64,000 nucleotides of DNA from Yuukianura sp. NJ FZ-2021 (Eukaryota): contig CM102290.1 of the NCBI GenBank assembly GCA_046563655.1, positions 13,020,001 to 13,084,000 of the forward strand. The letters run 5' to 3'. The translations under genes and the position numbers were made by a program. Shown piece after piece: positions 1 through 13,270 of the stretch. The notes below the pieces were generated by a model, which searched no databases, had not been told where the DNA came from, and saw only the letters and a list, made by a program, of their open reading frames with translations. Numbering within the stretch: the first letter of the stretch is position 1; each line of letters opens with the position of its first letter.

Positions 1-39
1 CCGCACTGTGTAGCTAATACATGCGTTCTTACTCTTTAG

Positions 40-619
40 GTAGCGCTGGTAGAAATGACAGCTGAGCAATTCGAGAAGCATGTGAACAGCCTTTGTGTGA
101 AGAAGTCGGAGAAGCCTAAGAAAATCAGTGAACGCGCTTTGCGCCTGTGGAACGAAATTAGTGCCCAGCATTACTACTTTGATCGTCAGGAGGTTGAGTT
201 GGCTGTACTCAAGAACATCACCAAGGCTGATGTCATCGCATTCTACGAGGTAATTGTAGCAGTTCACGTTAACATTATTTCAGTTCAAATTTGAGTTTTT
301 AACAAAACTTGGTTTCCCTAGAAACACATTCTGCAGGGAGGTGAGGGGAGAAAGCGGCTGGGAGTGCACGTAAAGTCCAGTCAGACTGAAAACAGTCTAC
401 CATTGAGTGACGAGAGTGAAGCGGTCAGTGGCATTGAATTGTTCTCGAATGTTAAACTGTGTTACTGTTGTTACCTAATTTTTGTTACTGTGGTTTCATT
501 TTTAGCATGTTTCTTCGGCAAAACCAATGGAAGTTCAAGACATCCCAGGATGGAAAAGTGCACAGGAGTTTTATCCCCCGGTGGATTCAAGTGCCGCACT
601 ACTCAAGGCTAAATTGTAA
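40..619 (+). CDS. IDE: Insulin-degrading enzyme (M16A metalloprotease), last three exons; gene begins upstream of window
   Basis: Exons ~40-249, 322-423 and 507-619. EQFEKHVNSL..KSEKPKKISERALRLWNEISAQHYYFDRQEVELAVLKNITKADVIAFYE resembles the IDE C-terminal domain. The spliced product ends ...LLKAKL-TAA (617-619), like the AKL terminus of mammalian IDE. Confidence 0.88.
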
Positions 620-1104
620 AGAAAAACAAAATTCAATATAAATTCATATTCAAAGCGATATATATTGTTGTTTGTGGCCAATATAAGAATATAATATGTG
701 CATAATGCATAATGTATTCATGTACTATAATGTAATGTGGTTTACATTGTTAAGTTTTTAGATCATTTTATTCAGATAGACATCAACCTTAATTCTTTAT
801 TGTTGCACCTATTAAACCAGTGGTAATACTCACAACTTTTTAATACCAACGCTGGAGTGAAGACAGACATTTGGTTGTTCCGTGTATTCCGTATCAAAGT
901 TTTGTTGAAATTACCAACGTAAAACGAACGTCCAGTGTTACATTGAATGCATAGATTTCATCCCAATGGTTGACTAGACGCGGACCTCAAATCTGAAAAA
1001 GCTACAGCCATCCTGACATCCGGAAAAAGTGCAATCAATGCTTCTCTGGAAACCTTCCGTTCTGGTTTTCGGAACAAGTGGAGACTGTGAAGATGTAAGA
1101 AAAG

Positions 1105-1338
1105 CAAGGTTCCTATAGTAACGAAATAGTTTTCCTTTAACAGGTTTGGCAATAAGTCATGTTTACGAAAAATCCCGACCCGAACAATTTTTTCCGCCAA
1201 TCCCATTTGATTACATATAAATAAATCACTGCCCTAGGAAGGCACGGTGAAGCAAGTATTGCTAATTTTTTAACAAAATTTAAAAAGGTATTGCCTAACC
1301 TGTTGAAGGAAAAACTATTTTCTTGTTTACGAACCTTG
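1105..1338. mobile_element. MITE, CAAGGTT...AACCTTG family (P-superfamily-like)
   Basis: Imperfect ~50-bp TIRs: caaggttcc..aaatagttttcctttaacaggtttggcaata / tattgcctaacctgttgaaggaaaaactattt..gaaccttg. No clear TSD on this copy. Confidence 0.75.
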
Positions 1339-1703
1339 TTTCCCGCCAAGACCATTACGTTGGAACAGTGGAATTTTAGATGAATTTAATGAGGGTATTC
1401 ATTGGTATAAAAGAGTACGTGTCCGTAAAAGAGTTCCACATGAGTAAGCACTAATACTCATCCTGTGGTGACAGGGAAAGGGATGTCAAAGTTCGTTACG
1501 TTTTATAGATTCCGTTCATAAATATAACTCAATACACGCATAAAGCATAATACCGGAAACGTAATAAGGAAATGCTCGTTTAAGCTCCGATTACGTCGAC
1601 AGCATACCACTTACTGTAATACAACCTCGGAATGCTTAGCAGAATTATATTGGCCTATGATAAGCTAGGTCAGGATGTTGTTGAAACTGGAGACGCCGTG
1701 GAT

Positions 1704-4258
1704 TTAAACACGGGATAGCAAGTGTGTCAAACTTGATGGCAACACGGCTTCAGCTTTGTCCAGCATGTAAACAATTGGTAAGGACAGCCACCCCACACCC
1801 TATCGTATGAAAAACAATATGAAACCGGAGTAACACAAAAATAATGTGTAGTATTACAAAAATAGTTGCAGAAACTTACTGTTTTCGCAATGATCGCCAT
1901 ATGATCCGGGTACTGATGAGTAAGAAAAGCGATAATTGCAGTGAAAGTACACAAACCTGCAGTGAACATAATGAAGAATGGAGTCTCTCGCTCAGGGAAC
2001 ACGCTTACTTCATGATGAGCTACAAATATCAGAAAAATGTCGGTTGTTGGTCACGTTTGCGCGTATAAAAAGTGATCATGAAAATACGTTTTCTGTGATG
2101 TGTATGACGTCTGACTTAACAATACCTGGAAGTATTTCTCGATCAGGACATTCTGTGCATGGTGGGTATGGGAAAAACAAGTTTCCTTTTTCCAGTGGTC
2201 TTGGAATAGAAGCAAAAGTTCCTTCCCAAGTACACGCTAAAAGTTGTAGCGCTCCGTCAACACGCTTCCAATGTGGCAAGTGAAAGAAGGCATACGCAAC
2301 TGCCTCAGAATCTCCTCGCTTCAAAAGATGTTCCGGTGGAAACACCATTGACTTCAGTTCCAGTAGATACTAAAACCGAGAAATACATGTTCGTATGTAA
2401 CATCATGACGAATTTGACGTCTATCAAACACATTCTGAAAATGGTATAAACATGGCATGCCAACTTGACATGTATTAAATAGTCGTTTACCTTAGGGACA
2501 TGTGGATTATACTCGACGGCACGATGAATGGCTTCAATCGCCGTCATTTCGCCCGAGCTAAGACTCCTTTTGATTAGTCCGGACTCTCCCACGAACCTAA
2601 GTTGAAATAGCTCAAATGATTCCATTGCACAAGAAACCTCTATTTTTAACATTGTAAGCATTGATTTGACATACTAGGTAGACATAAGTAATATACGTAC
2701 TTCTCTGAGACCTGACGAACTTTGAGTAGAGCTGATGTATAGCATAGAGCAGCTGATCGAGGAACGGAACCATCATCGTATTTGGCAAGAACTGCCTGCA
2801 CATCAGCATACGCTTGCATCTCCAACAAACTCTCGAGCAAGTTCTCGTGAACATGCAGGACACCCATAATCGGTTGAACTTCCTTTGTTAGCTAAGAAAA
2901 AAAAATAATAAATAGGGGTCCATGCCATTATCACTAAATTCAACTTACATCTCTAAACATTTTTACTGCTTCCTTCAGTCTTCCCAGTCGTCGGGCGCAC
3001 ATTGCTAGACGACGTTTGATATAAATTAAAACATTTACGTCTCGTCCTAAAATTAAGAAATACAACGACAATTCAATCCCAAAGGCTTATTACAACTATT
3101 GAAACTTAAATGGAATACAGATTGTACATGCATGCTTACGGTGGAGACTGTCATTCATAAGCCCATGTGAAACATTCATTTGAGATTTCTTTAAATTGTT
3201 TTCAGCTGCCTTCAACGCAATCTTTAACAGCTTCTCGCTTTCTGCTATTGTGGAAGCCTCCTCTTCTGATAAAAGAACGTAGGCTGTAGCGCAATCCGCG
3301 TTTTTCTCAATTGCAGTCTTCGCAGATTTGATACGTTCTTGAGTATTCCTCTCGCGCCAGGCAGTTTGCATTACTTATAAAAACAGAATTATGAACACAA
3401 TTATTAACTGAATTATTAGCAGAAGTATTAACATATTAACGAAAAACATAAAAATGATAACATACTTGCATATTCTGGCCTGCTGGAATCACTATCACAG
3501 GTGAAAAATGTCTGATGGTCTTGAGCAGACAAATTCATGTCGTAGAATGTTAGCGGCTCGCGTTTTGTAGAATTAAAGTACCGTACGTACTCTGCCCCAC
3601 GAAATAGATTCAAAGGGTTTCTCCAAACTTTGCATTCTATTCAGTGAATCAGAATTCGTAAGCATCATCATAAGGATTGATTGAAAACTGAAGCCTTTTT
3701 GGTACTAAAACACCTTACCATTACTAGCAGAGTTGCTCTGAGTTTGATTATTAGTAGTTACGGCGCCAGCCACTTCGCCATTTGTAGCCGGTGCATAATC
3801 TGGAGGTCCAAGTAAAGGACCGAGGTGGTTCAGCGAAACTTGTTCAATGAATGAGGTCCCATACTTTCTATAGTACCACCATTCAAAAATCTGTGTCCAA
3901 GTTTTAAACAAAATGTGTTAAATTGAAACAAGTATGAGACTGATAGTTGATTAGTAAGTTAATGAATTACCAGGATAAGTCCAGAAATCAGCGATGAAGT
4001 CCCAGTTAGAGCGACATAGAACTTCGGGGTGAGGGTACTCAGGAACATCGTGGCTGCAAAACCAAAACTTAAGTACTACCGTCGGTGTAGTAAAGTAATC
4101 AACACATTTTACTTACCCATGCCTATGTTCTCTGATATCTTCAGTGGTCCACGTAAGTAGTAAATTAGAAAGACAACTAGTAGAAACCAGATAGCCCACA
4201 AGTACGTCCAAGACCAAACAATCCAATTCTTGAAATTACGCAAATGAATTAGGATCAT
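1704..4258 (-). CDS. ST7: Suppressor of tumorigenicity 7 (ST7) homolog, multi-exon
   Basis: Starts [25 protein letters not shown]. Contains [88 protein letters not shown] and [15 protein letters not shown]. Last exon 1799-1704 reads [31 protein letters not shown]. Confidence 0.95.
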
Positions 4259-4491
4259 TGCTGCTCCGAAGAGAACGTTACATTCCTTGCCATGCAGATC
4301 GTTTCAAGATCCACAAGCACCGGCCGAAGGGGCAACTTTCTCCGGAAAAGTGAAGTTTCTGGTCACTAGTTGCAGATCCGTATGTGATTTCCTTGTTTCT
4401 GTGAATCCATAGAAAATCCAAACATTAGCAAGCAGAAAGAGATATGCACTGATTGAAGGATACAACGGCGCAATTAGGCAGTAGCATAGGG

Positions 4492-4560
4492 TTAACCTTA
4501 TGGACTGGACTTATTTGACGTTTACTTTAACAATTCTAAAAGTCCAGTCCATAAGGTTAA
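4492..4560. repeat. Perfect 21-bp inverted repeat with 27-nt spacer, TTAA-flanked (minimal piggyBac-like element)
   Basis: ttaaccttatggactggactt (4492-4512) pairs with aagtccagtccataaggttaa (4540-4560). Confidence 0.8.
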
Positions 4561-5827
4561 ACACGACGTATCGCTGTCACAATCAACCAGTGAGGTACAA
4601 GGCAAGTCAAACTTACTTAATCCAGTTGTGTCTGTCGCCTCGGCCCGATTTAGTGTACAGCAACCGGTTTGCTTCAAGTGTCTCTTTCGTCACGGAACAA
4701 ATAAATCCTGGAGTCCTGGAATCCTGGAGTGTGAATCTACAGATCGTTAAAATGAAGACACATGCTTGGTGCTTCGAATATAAAAGATTGCCTGTTTCTA
4801 CAGATGATATGATGATTTGATATGATGATGGATGCACCAATACTCTGAATTCGGGGAAACCGCGAGTTATGTGGACTACACGTTCGATGACATTCCGTCG
4901 TAATGAATTTGTTTGACGCGAATTACTACGAAAGACAGAACTCCTAACATAACCAAACAAGAATTACCCTAAAATATCCTTTATTATCCGGTATTTACCT
5001 TTCGTTTTAAGTTTCTGTTTCGATTACACTGGATCAAATCTTAGTTGACGCTCAAGAATTTACTTAATTCCAAAACGTTATCGGGTATTATATGCATATT
5101 TTCTAGCCTATCGTATTTATGATATTTATTTTATGCATATTTTCAAAAATTCCCTATATAAAAAAAAACTTCAAAAAATAAGAATAAAAAAAGCGTGAAA
5201 AAAAGAATTTTCTCGGATGCCCGACAATTTTTTGCAGCAACTAATTCGAAAACTGATATTTAAATTTATTTAATAGGTGTATTTATGTACGGTTTTTAGA
5301 ACGAAAAACAACAAAAGTTATGTATATTTCTAGCCTAAAATCCATCAAATAAAAAAATTGGAATAATCCTAATAATTTAGTCAAGTATAAAAAATGAAAC
5401 TTTCAGTGTAAGGAAATTGCCAATCGTTTTATGATGAATTGTAAGTTAAAGTTAAGTCGCAATTTTCGTTTTCTTTAAACTAGTATACGGCTTGTCCACA
5501 ATGGGTGACGAATGCTTCTAACTGACATTTACCAAAGATCACACTTTTCTGGCGTGAAAACTGCAGAAATGCCATCAAGTGCGCAACAGTTTTATTCGGG
5601 TGTGCTCTTGTTTCGTCAAGGAAAGCTGCCAGTAGTATCAGTAACACCTAAGAATGTAATTGCAAATCCCGATTTGACGAAACAGTTCTTGTCTTCACAC
5701 AGTGAATTAACCGTGTTTGTTGCTGTTGACATGAGGCAGTGAACCTAACTTACGTTCTACTCAAACAAAAACACACCAAGTGAACAGATATAACATCAAA
5801 TCACGAGACGTTCAATTCAGAAGATGC

Positions 5828-8800
5828 TCACGGATTGGATGTAGTTTCTCCTAGCGGCACTTTTCGCCACTCTTCCTTCGTTTGAGTATCTTTCTCCTCT
5901 GCAATTCTCGGTAAAATAACTGTGGTTGTCGTGTTATGCGAATCTACATTGGAAATCGTAACAGCAACTCGACTTCCTTCGATTACAGCATTTGGACTAC
6001 TGGATGCTGATCCGGAGGATTGCGGAGATGAAATTGTTACTTTTGGGGCTATTGGATTTGTGCATAGCGGTGAAATGGCTTTGGCTTCTCTCACAATCCC
6101 AGTATGTCTGTCGGGACTCAGAGCACGTCGAAGTAGTGGCGATGCTGGCTCTACTTTTTTCGTCCGAGTGAAACCAGTTTTGGAAGAAACGGAAACTGCG
6201 AGTGGGCTAGGTGACGGTGTCCTTGTTGGAGACGACGACAAGGGAGACGGTGACGGTGTTCTAGCGAGTGGACTCAGAGGGTAGTGACCCATTGACTTCC
6301 GGCGCGGAGAGTTGATTTTATTAGACGTGTGATGATGATGCAGTTTGTGTTTTAGCCCATGCAGACTGGACGGCCTTGGAAAGTGAGAGCCCGCCTCCGG
6401 TGACGTCATTGGGCTGGAATTTGGCGTAGAAGGCGGTGAGCGTTTTTGGTGGGACGGACAGGGCGGTGACTTTCCAGTGTCCCCAGCAAGCGACTGAAAG
6501 CTACGACTAGGAGGTATAGAAGTATTCCCAAGTGAGAGTCTCAGAGACGAAGGCACCTCCTGCGAAGCACGCTTGCTGTTCAGTGTTTTCAAAAACAGCG
6601 ATTTCCGTCGTTTGTCAACCGTTTCTCTTTTTCTTCTTCCTTTTATAGGAGAGCGGGCCATTTTGGATTGGCCTGGCTCTCTCCGACGTCCGCCTGCCCT
6701 TATGGACGTGTTTTCAAGAGGAGTGGCCCTTAACGTGACTTGATCGCCTCTCAAAAGTAAATGAAGCACCTGAGTGTGAAGGAGGCCTTGAGTAGACTCT
6801 CCGTTTACCTAAACATAATAATAAAATAATAATACAAATATAATAATAATTATGACAATCTTTATGCAAAAGTTTACCTGGGTAATGAGATCACCAGTAC
6901 GAAGCCCAGCTTCAAATGCAGGACTGTTTTCGACGACATCTTTGACAAGATGTTGAACCGTATATACATTGGAGTCTCCGAAATATACACGGATTGCTCG
7001 AATTGTAAATCCGAAGCCCCGAGGGCCTTTTCTTATTATAATGGGCGGCTTGAGACTGTTACAAAAGTCTCTGGAGGGAGAGCTATCTCTGGAACTTGCG
7101 GAGCTTGAACCACCTCCAGGCGATGCCACTGCCGGGGCACAGTAAGTGTTGTCTCCAGGAATTTGAAGAGACAATCCATAAGCCGATTTTGACTGTTTTA
7201 GGTTCAAAAGTGAAGAGTTGGGGGTAGACTCATTGATAGGAACCGGTGGGGATCTAATACTGTCATCATTTCCTTCTTGGTACTTCTCCACTTCTAACCA
7301 GGCTAATTGATTGTCTGGAATCGCTGAGATCGAGAAGCGTGGGAGCGTATCTCGGCCTCTCCTGCGTCGCTGGAGCTGAGGCGAGAAATCTTCCCCTGAC
7401 GATTCCAATGAAGATAGTTGACTGCTGGATTTCCCACTAGTTGATCTGTTTACATTGTCCAAATGATTGGCAGTACAACTGAGGTCAGCTCTCACGGCTG
7501 AAGTGTCGGCTTGACCTTTGGATCCGTCACTTCCAGTTTCACTGGAGTCGAGTGACTCTATGCTGCCAACTTCTGATAGTTTTGACTTTCGTTGGTTATT
7601 TCGGTATTCTTGAGAACATGACGAAAAGCCAAACTCGTTGTCATCTGATACTACACTGTCGTCTAAGTCCAAATCGTGATGATATCGGTCCACACGAGCT
7701 AAAGCAAAACAAAAGGGATCAAATATTCCCTGATTCCTCTCTACAAATTTATAAATTAAGAATAATAAAACACGTATTTGCACTATACTGTCAAAGTATG
7801 AAGTGTCTTCTTCGTGTTCCAAGTGCGGCACAAACTCCACTTTCTGACGCAGTAACGAGTTCCAATCCAAGCCATGGAAGTATATGTGCTCCTTGACTTC
7901 CTGGGAAGATGTCGTCCCCAAGCGATCTCTTGGGTTTTGTTGCAGCAATGCTGTGATGATGTACTTCGTCTCGTTCGGTACTGGCCAGTCTTCGTCTGAA
8001 GGCCACTCGATGTCATCTACAATGTCAAGACGTTTCAACAAAACCATTAGCAAAAGAAGCAATATCACTAAAGTATTCCTAGAAATGTTTCCAGTATCTA
8101 CTTACCGTTGACGGTGTGAGCAAAAAGCTCTTCCGGAGTATCTCCGAAGAATGGGACACATCCGACAATAAATTCGTACAAAATAATTCCCATCGCCCAC
8201 CAGTCCACCGGTTTCCCATAGCCTTGACGAAGTATTACTTCGGGTGCGATGTATTCGGGCGTTCTGAAATCAAAACAAAAACAGTTTCAATTTTTCATGA
8301 ATAAGGAAAATACATTTTTTTTTGGAATTTGTTAGCCTAATCCTGACTTTTTATAAAAGTCCTCCTGCAGAAAGTTAGGTGTAATGGTGTTTTGAAAAAA
8401 CGAGATTTTGGAAACTTTCAATTTTTCATGAATAAGGAAAACACACTTTAGTGAATTTGTTAGCCTAATTCTGACTTTTTCCAAAAGTCCTCCTGCAGAA
8501 AGTTAGAAGGTGTGATGGTGTTTTGAAAAAACAATATTTTGGAAAACTTCAATTTTTCATGAATAAGGAAAAAACATTTTTGGAAATTTGTATGGTGACG
8601 CGTTGTCAAATTTGTAGCGCAAAGGACACGAGTGATGTGACACGACGTCCATGACTTACCCAAACACTTGTTTGTCCGAGAACTGCCTAGTTTCTCTATC
8701 AATGAATCCTTCGTACAAATTAGTAGCCACTGCAATTAAGTTCAAAAACAAAGACTTAGAATCAACGGGCGACGTGAATTATTCCCCACTACTCATAAAC

Positions 8801-11800
8801 TTTTAAAATCAACGTTTAGCTGCTGAACTTACACGACATCAGCCCCACCTTGCTTAAACCAAAATCCGTCAGTTTGATATGGCCTAAAGCAGTGATGAGA
8901 AGGCTGAAAAAGGAGCACAGTTAATGAAATACATAGAACTAACAGTTAAATCGAGATTCAGAAAACTGGAAGCTATGTTACTTGTCAGGCTTTAAATCCC
9001 TGTGAACAATTCCGTAACTGTGAAGGTACTCCACCGCTAACACAGTCTCTCCAAAGTAAAATCTCGCCATGTCCGCTGGCAGAGGGCCCATGCTCTTGAG
9101 AAGCGTTGCACAGTCCCCACCTTCAACGTACTCCATGACAAGACACAAGTGCTTCTGTTGCAAATCCAAACAAAAATAGGTCAAGGTCACCATAAAAGAC
9201 GGTCATTGTAGCCACGTCGGCCATCTTCTGTGGCTACGATTAAGTGGCAACTAATCCCGATTGTTGCCACTTAAGCGTACCAATGTTTTCGTTACCAATT
9301 ACCTTCGTCTCGAAACTGCAAAACATGCTAACGACGAACGGATTGTCCGTGAAACTCATGATGTCTCTTTCGGCAAAAACTTGTTCCACTTGATTTCTGA
9401 GCACGAGGTTCTGCTTGTTGATTTTTTTCAAAGCAAATCTTTGGCGACTTTCTCTATTACGCCTAGAAAGTACAAAAAATGTAAACGGAATGTCATTCTT
9501 CCATATCTGTAATACAAAAATAACGTAACTTACACCAAATACACGGCACCATAAGCACCGTTCGAAATCAGTTTGACAATCTCAAAATCTTGCTCAGACG
9601 GCAAAGTGCTCGGTTGACATGTCTGATCACTCCTGTCATCTCCCGACCTCTGCTCACTTCCACTCGAACCTTCGCTGAAACTCTCTCTGCTTTGTCCACT
9701 CAGTTCTTGCTGAAGTTCTACATTGCAAAGTTACGTAATTAATTGAACAATTCAATTAGTTATATAAAGCTAATCACACAAAATAGTGTCATACCGGCTA
9801 TCGGGTCTCGATTCAACCCCAACTTGTTTATGATGTACTGTGGAATGTCCGTTTTCAAGCCTTTGGAGAACTTCGCTTGTCCTTCAGCCTGTTCCAGTAA
9901 ATGATAAAACTCTTCAGGATCAAACTCCAGACATTCCAGGAGCCTCGCTGGACGAGAAACCATGAGCAGTAGTTTCTTAATGAGGCTGGTCAGGTACGTG
10001 GCAGCTTCTGGTGACTTTTCTTTTGTTTCACACAACAGACGTTCCAGATTCTCCGACATTTCATAAAAGTATCGACTGGAGATAAGTTTTTCTTGAGATT
10101 TGAGTAAGCAGTCTCTTCCCATTTCAATTACTTGATGGTGTACAAATCGTGCAATGGCTATGGAGTCTGGAGTCAACTTCTCACATCCACCGCCAACACT
10201 CTCCAATGTCTCGTTCTCAACAATGAATGCATTCAGCTTTGCCTCCATCTGATGTGTTGCCTGAACAAATTTCAAAAAACGGTACCGTAAGTCTACTAAT
10301 AAACGCCCGGGCACTTCTCAGAGATCGGCGTTTAGTGGGAGTTTTACGGTATTTAAAAGTAATCTGAGTATGTTATAAGCCATTACCTTTGGAAATCGTT
10401 CCTTATACATTGTATTCATGAGGACGATCTCGTTTTCAATTACGGGCGAACGCACAGGACTGCTGAAAACAAAAGGCAATCTCAAATATAAATTCGGTTT
10501 TTGTACTTTCGGTTTTAGGATTGTGCCGAAGTAAAACGTAAACCAGTATCTACAATTTACATTCCAAATGTTAAAGCTGCAAATTGGCGAAGGTAAAATA
10601 TGTAAATGAGAAAAATTTCATTCTTACTCTAGCGTAGCAATACATAGCCATGCCAAACTATGTGAGCAGCATGAAAATATTTAATTGAGAACAAAAATAT
10701 GTTAATACCGATGTCCACCAGTTGAGGACATCCAGATCTATTAACTACGTGGTTAAGCACTAGAGAAACTATTTTACACGTATGTGTTTAAATCTAATTA
10801 ATAGTAAAGCTCAGTTTTAGAAAAGTTTTAGTTCGTGGAAAAAGTAGTGCGAAATTTAAATGGCGGTTTGCGTTTAACCTTAGTGTGGTGCAATGAAACT
10901 TTACGGTAACATTATGAAGAAGACCTTTCATGTTGCTAAATGAGGGGCTCTACTGTACTAACCATATGGTATTTTTCCAACCATGTTTTTCTCGTTATGT
11001 GAATAGCGCAGTGTTCTTAGCATGAGACTTGTATTACATTGTTACTTATCAGTTTCCATCGATCAGTAATTAATCAATCTCGAAATGCTGAATCTTATGG
11101 AAAATCTACGAAGTACTGTCGGAAACTGACTAAAAAACTTCCTGCAATTGTGGTGCAATCCTGCAGTGACGTTTTTTTCAAAAGATCGTATGCGTCACAT
11201 GCGTCAATAGTAATACTGGTGTCTACCTGAGACTTCTGGAACGAGGACGAAGGAGAGGTGAGCGGTGGCCATCTTCCTCTAAGCTAGCATTACTTTCGTT
11301 TGACGAGAATCTAGGAAGAGGGCCACTTTTGTCCTCCTGGACCTGAGATACTGGCGGTGTACTTCCTCCAGTAGCGTAACATCCTGCAATTTGATGAAGC
11401 CGTTCTTGACTCGAACACTGCGACTGCAAAACACACAAAATTATTATATTGTGCTAAGTTTTGGGAGAGAAATGGGGGGACTTAAGTACGTTTTCCGTTA
11501 ATTTTAAAAGCTAAACCTGGTTTGTCGACGTGCGCCAGCGAAAAGAGTACACCCCAATTTTGTTTCCATAGAAACGAGTTGAAAATTATGTAAACATGCG
11601 GGGAAGGGTAACTCAAAGTTTGAAACTTTAGCTACCCGCTATGATGGAATTCTTGCAAATCGCGTTATTCCACTTGTTTTCCCTCCATATTTGAGAAATT
11701 AAACAAATTACTGATTTTTTGGGTGTACTCTTTTCGCTGGCGCACACGGTACTACTAAAATACCCAAAAGTGGCTACAACCTTACCGAAACAGCCGAACT

Positions 11801-13270
11801 TCCTGGTGTGGTGACATATCCAGAAGAAGGAAGAGAAGCTACGGACCAGCGCCTTCCGTCTACCGCACGTTTCACTGTTGAGAAAGCGAAGTGCTGGCTA
11901 GGAGACATTCTTGGGCTGTCGATTGGACTGCCGACTGCGGGAAAACAACAAAACAGCAAAATAATTTCAAGAATAGACACAATATAAAACAAGAATATAT
12001 ATTGCAAGAATAGACATAATGCAAGAACCTGACAAAGGAGAGTGGCATCTCGGCGGCAGTGTTGGCGACGTGCTGGCAATGAGGCTCTTGCGATGTTCAT
12101 GGACACGACTGTTTCGTCTGGACAGCGACAGTTCCTTCTGAAAATTAAAACAGCCTTCTGCAACTCCAGCCCAGCTAACTGCTTAATTAAAAACTCATAA
12201 TACACTAAAGAGCGTGCAACGTAAGCAAAACGTTGTCCTTCAAAGCAGGCTTAAAATTTTGATTCAATTTTTACAACATTCTGACAGCACCAAGCGGCAG
12301 TGCGTTTTCTATTTTCACTTTTATTTACATGCATGCGTGCCACTTCTTGCAAAAACTTGCGTGTGTACAATATGCATAGTAATTGCAAGCATCTACTACT
12401 ACTTACTAAATACATAATGTACAACAGCTGCGCGCACGCGCAGGGAACCTCCGAACTGCATTAACTGATATTTTAAAAATTTACCGACTTTCCTAAATAC
12501 AAAGTGTCCAACTGTATGGCACAAATTTGTCGTTGACTCAATGGTAAATATATGCTCGGGCGTTGCAAAATTTACTACATTCACCTACTTATACTTTGTA
12601 ACATAAATTAACAAACTATAAATGTTTAAAGATTTCAACCAAAATTTTACTTAACAAAGCAGCAAACCTAACACACAACATAAAAGGTGCGTCAGAAATA
12701 ACCTAGTTAGTGTCCCTGACCTAGCATGACACGATTTGGCCAAAAACTGCACCAGCACGCCGTGCTATACCAACCTTCACCTTCACCAACGTGAATGGAG
12801 TTTCTAGCTTATTAGCTTCACTGTAGTCAAACATTTGTGCACAACAAAAAGTGCAGAAATAAAGAGAAACAAGACAAAGAATAAGAGCCCACTCAATTAC
12901 TGTCAAACTTCAAAAGTTCCGGCATTTCAATGGGTGAAAACTGAGAAACGTTAGGGTAGAAAAATACCTTGAAATGCATAAGCGATGTCACCGAGGGTAG
13001 TGGTAGCGTAAGGTTGGGCCGAGGTTGTCGTAGTTTCGTATCCGAAACGCTTCTAGGAATTCCGCCTGTCGTTCCTGGATTTGCTGAGGTCGGGGTTTGT
13101 GCTGGATCTTCAACTTTGGATTCTTGAGGAAGAGGAAGTGGGAGTTCGGGTGGGATTTCTAGCGGAAAGGATGCTGGCAAGTTTTGAGCAGAGTCATCTA
13201 CTGATTTGACGTCTGACGAGTGTCGTATTGGGTTTACGGAACCACAGCGGAGTCTGGTTTGCTGTTGCAT
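5828..13270 (-). CDS. MAST: Microtubule-associated serine/threonine kinase (MAST; DUF1908 + AGC kinase + PDZ), multi-exon
   Basis: [123 protein letters not shown] region [26 protein letters not shown]. Ser/Pro-rich tail. Confidence 0.95.
8286..8591. repeat. ~130-bp tandem repeat (~2.3 copies) inside a MAST intron
   Basis: ttcaatttttcatgaataaggaaaa recurs near 8287, 8417 and 8548. gttagcctaat.ctgacttttt..aaaagtcctcctgcagaaagttag occurs twice. Confidence 0.85.
11530..11749. mobile_element. MITE with 25-bp perfect TIR (Tc1/mariner-like), MAST intron
   Basis: gtgcgccagcgaaaagagtacaccc (11530-11554) pairs with gggtgtactcttttcgctggcgcac (11721-11745). The right end runs on to acgg|ta. Confidence 0.75.

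Noticed and set aside
958..1206. Alternative ST7 terminal exon / 82-aa ORF
   Set aside because: The candidate acceptor lies in a MITE TIR, and the 1799-1704 exon already gives the conserved ST7 C-terminus.
4751..4850. Possible C/D-box snoRNA (TGATGA...CTGA)
   Set aside because: TGATGA sits in a low-complexity (gat)n run, box spacing is short, there is no terminal stem or recognisable guide, and it is antisense to the likely ST7 leader.
5922..6284. Antisense ORFs over MAST, TDG (35599-35988), Nrk (19711-20094) and ST7
   Set aside because: Shadow frames opposite well-supported coding exons.
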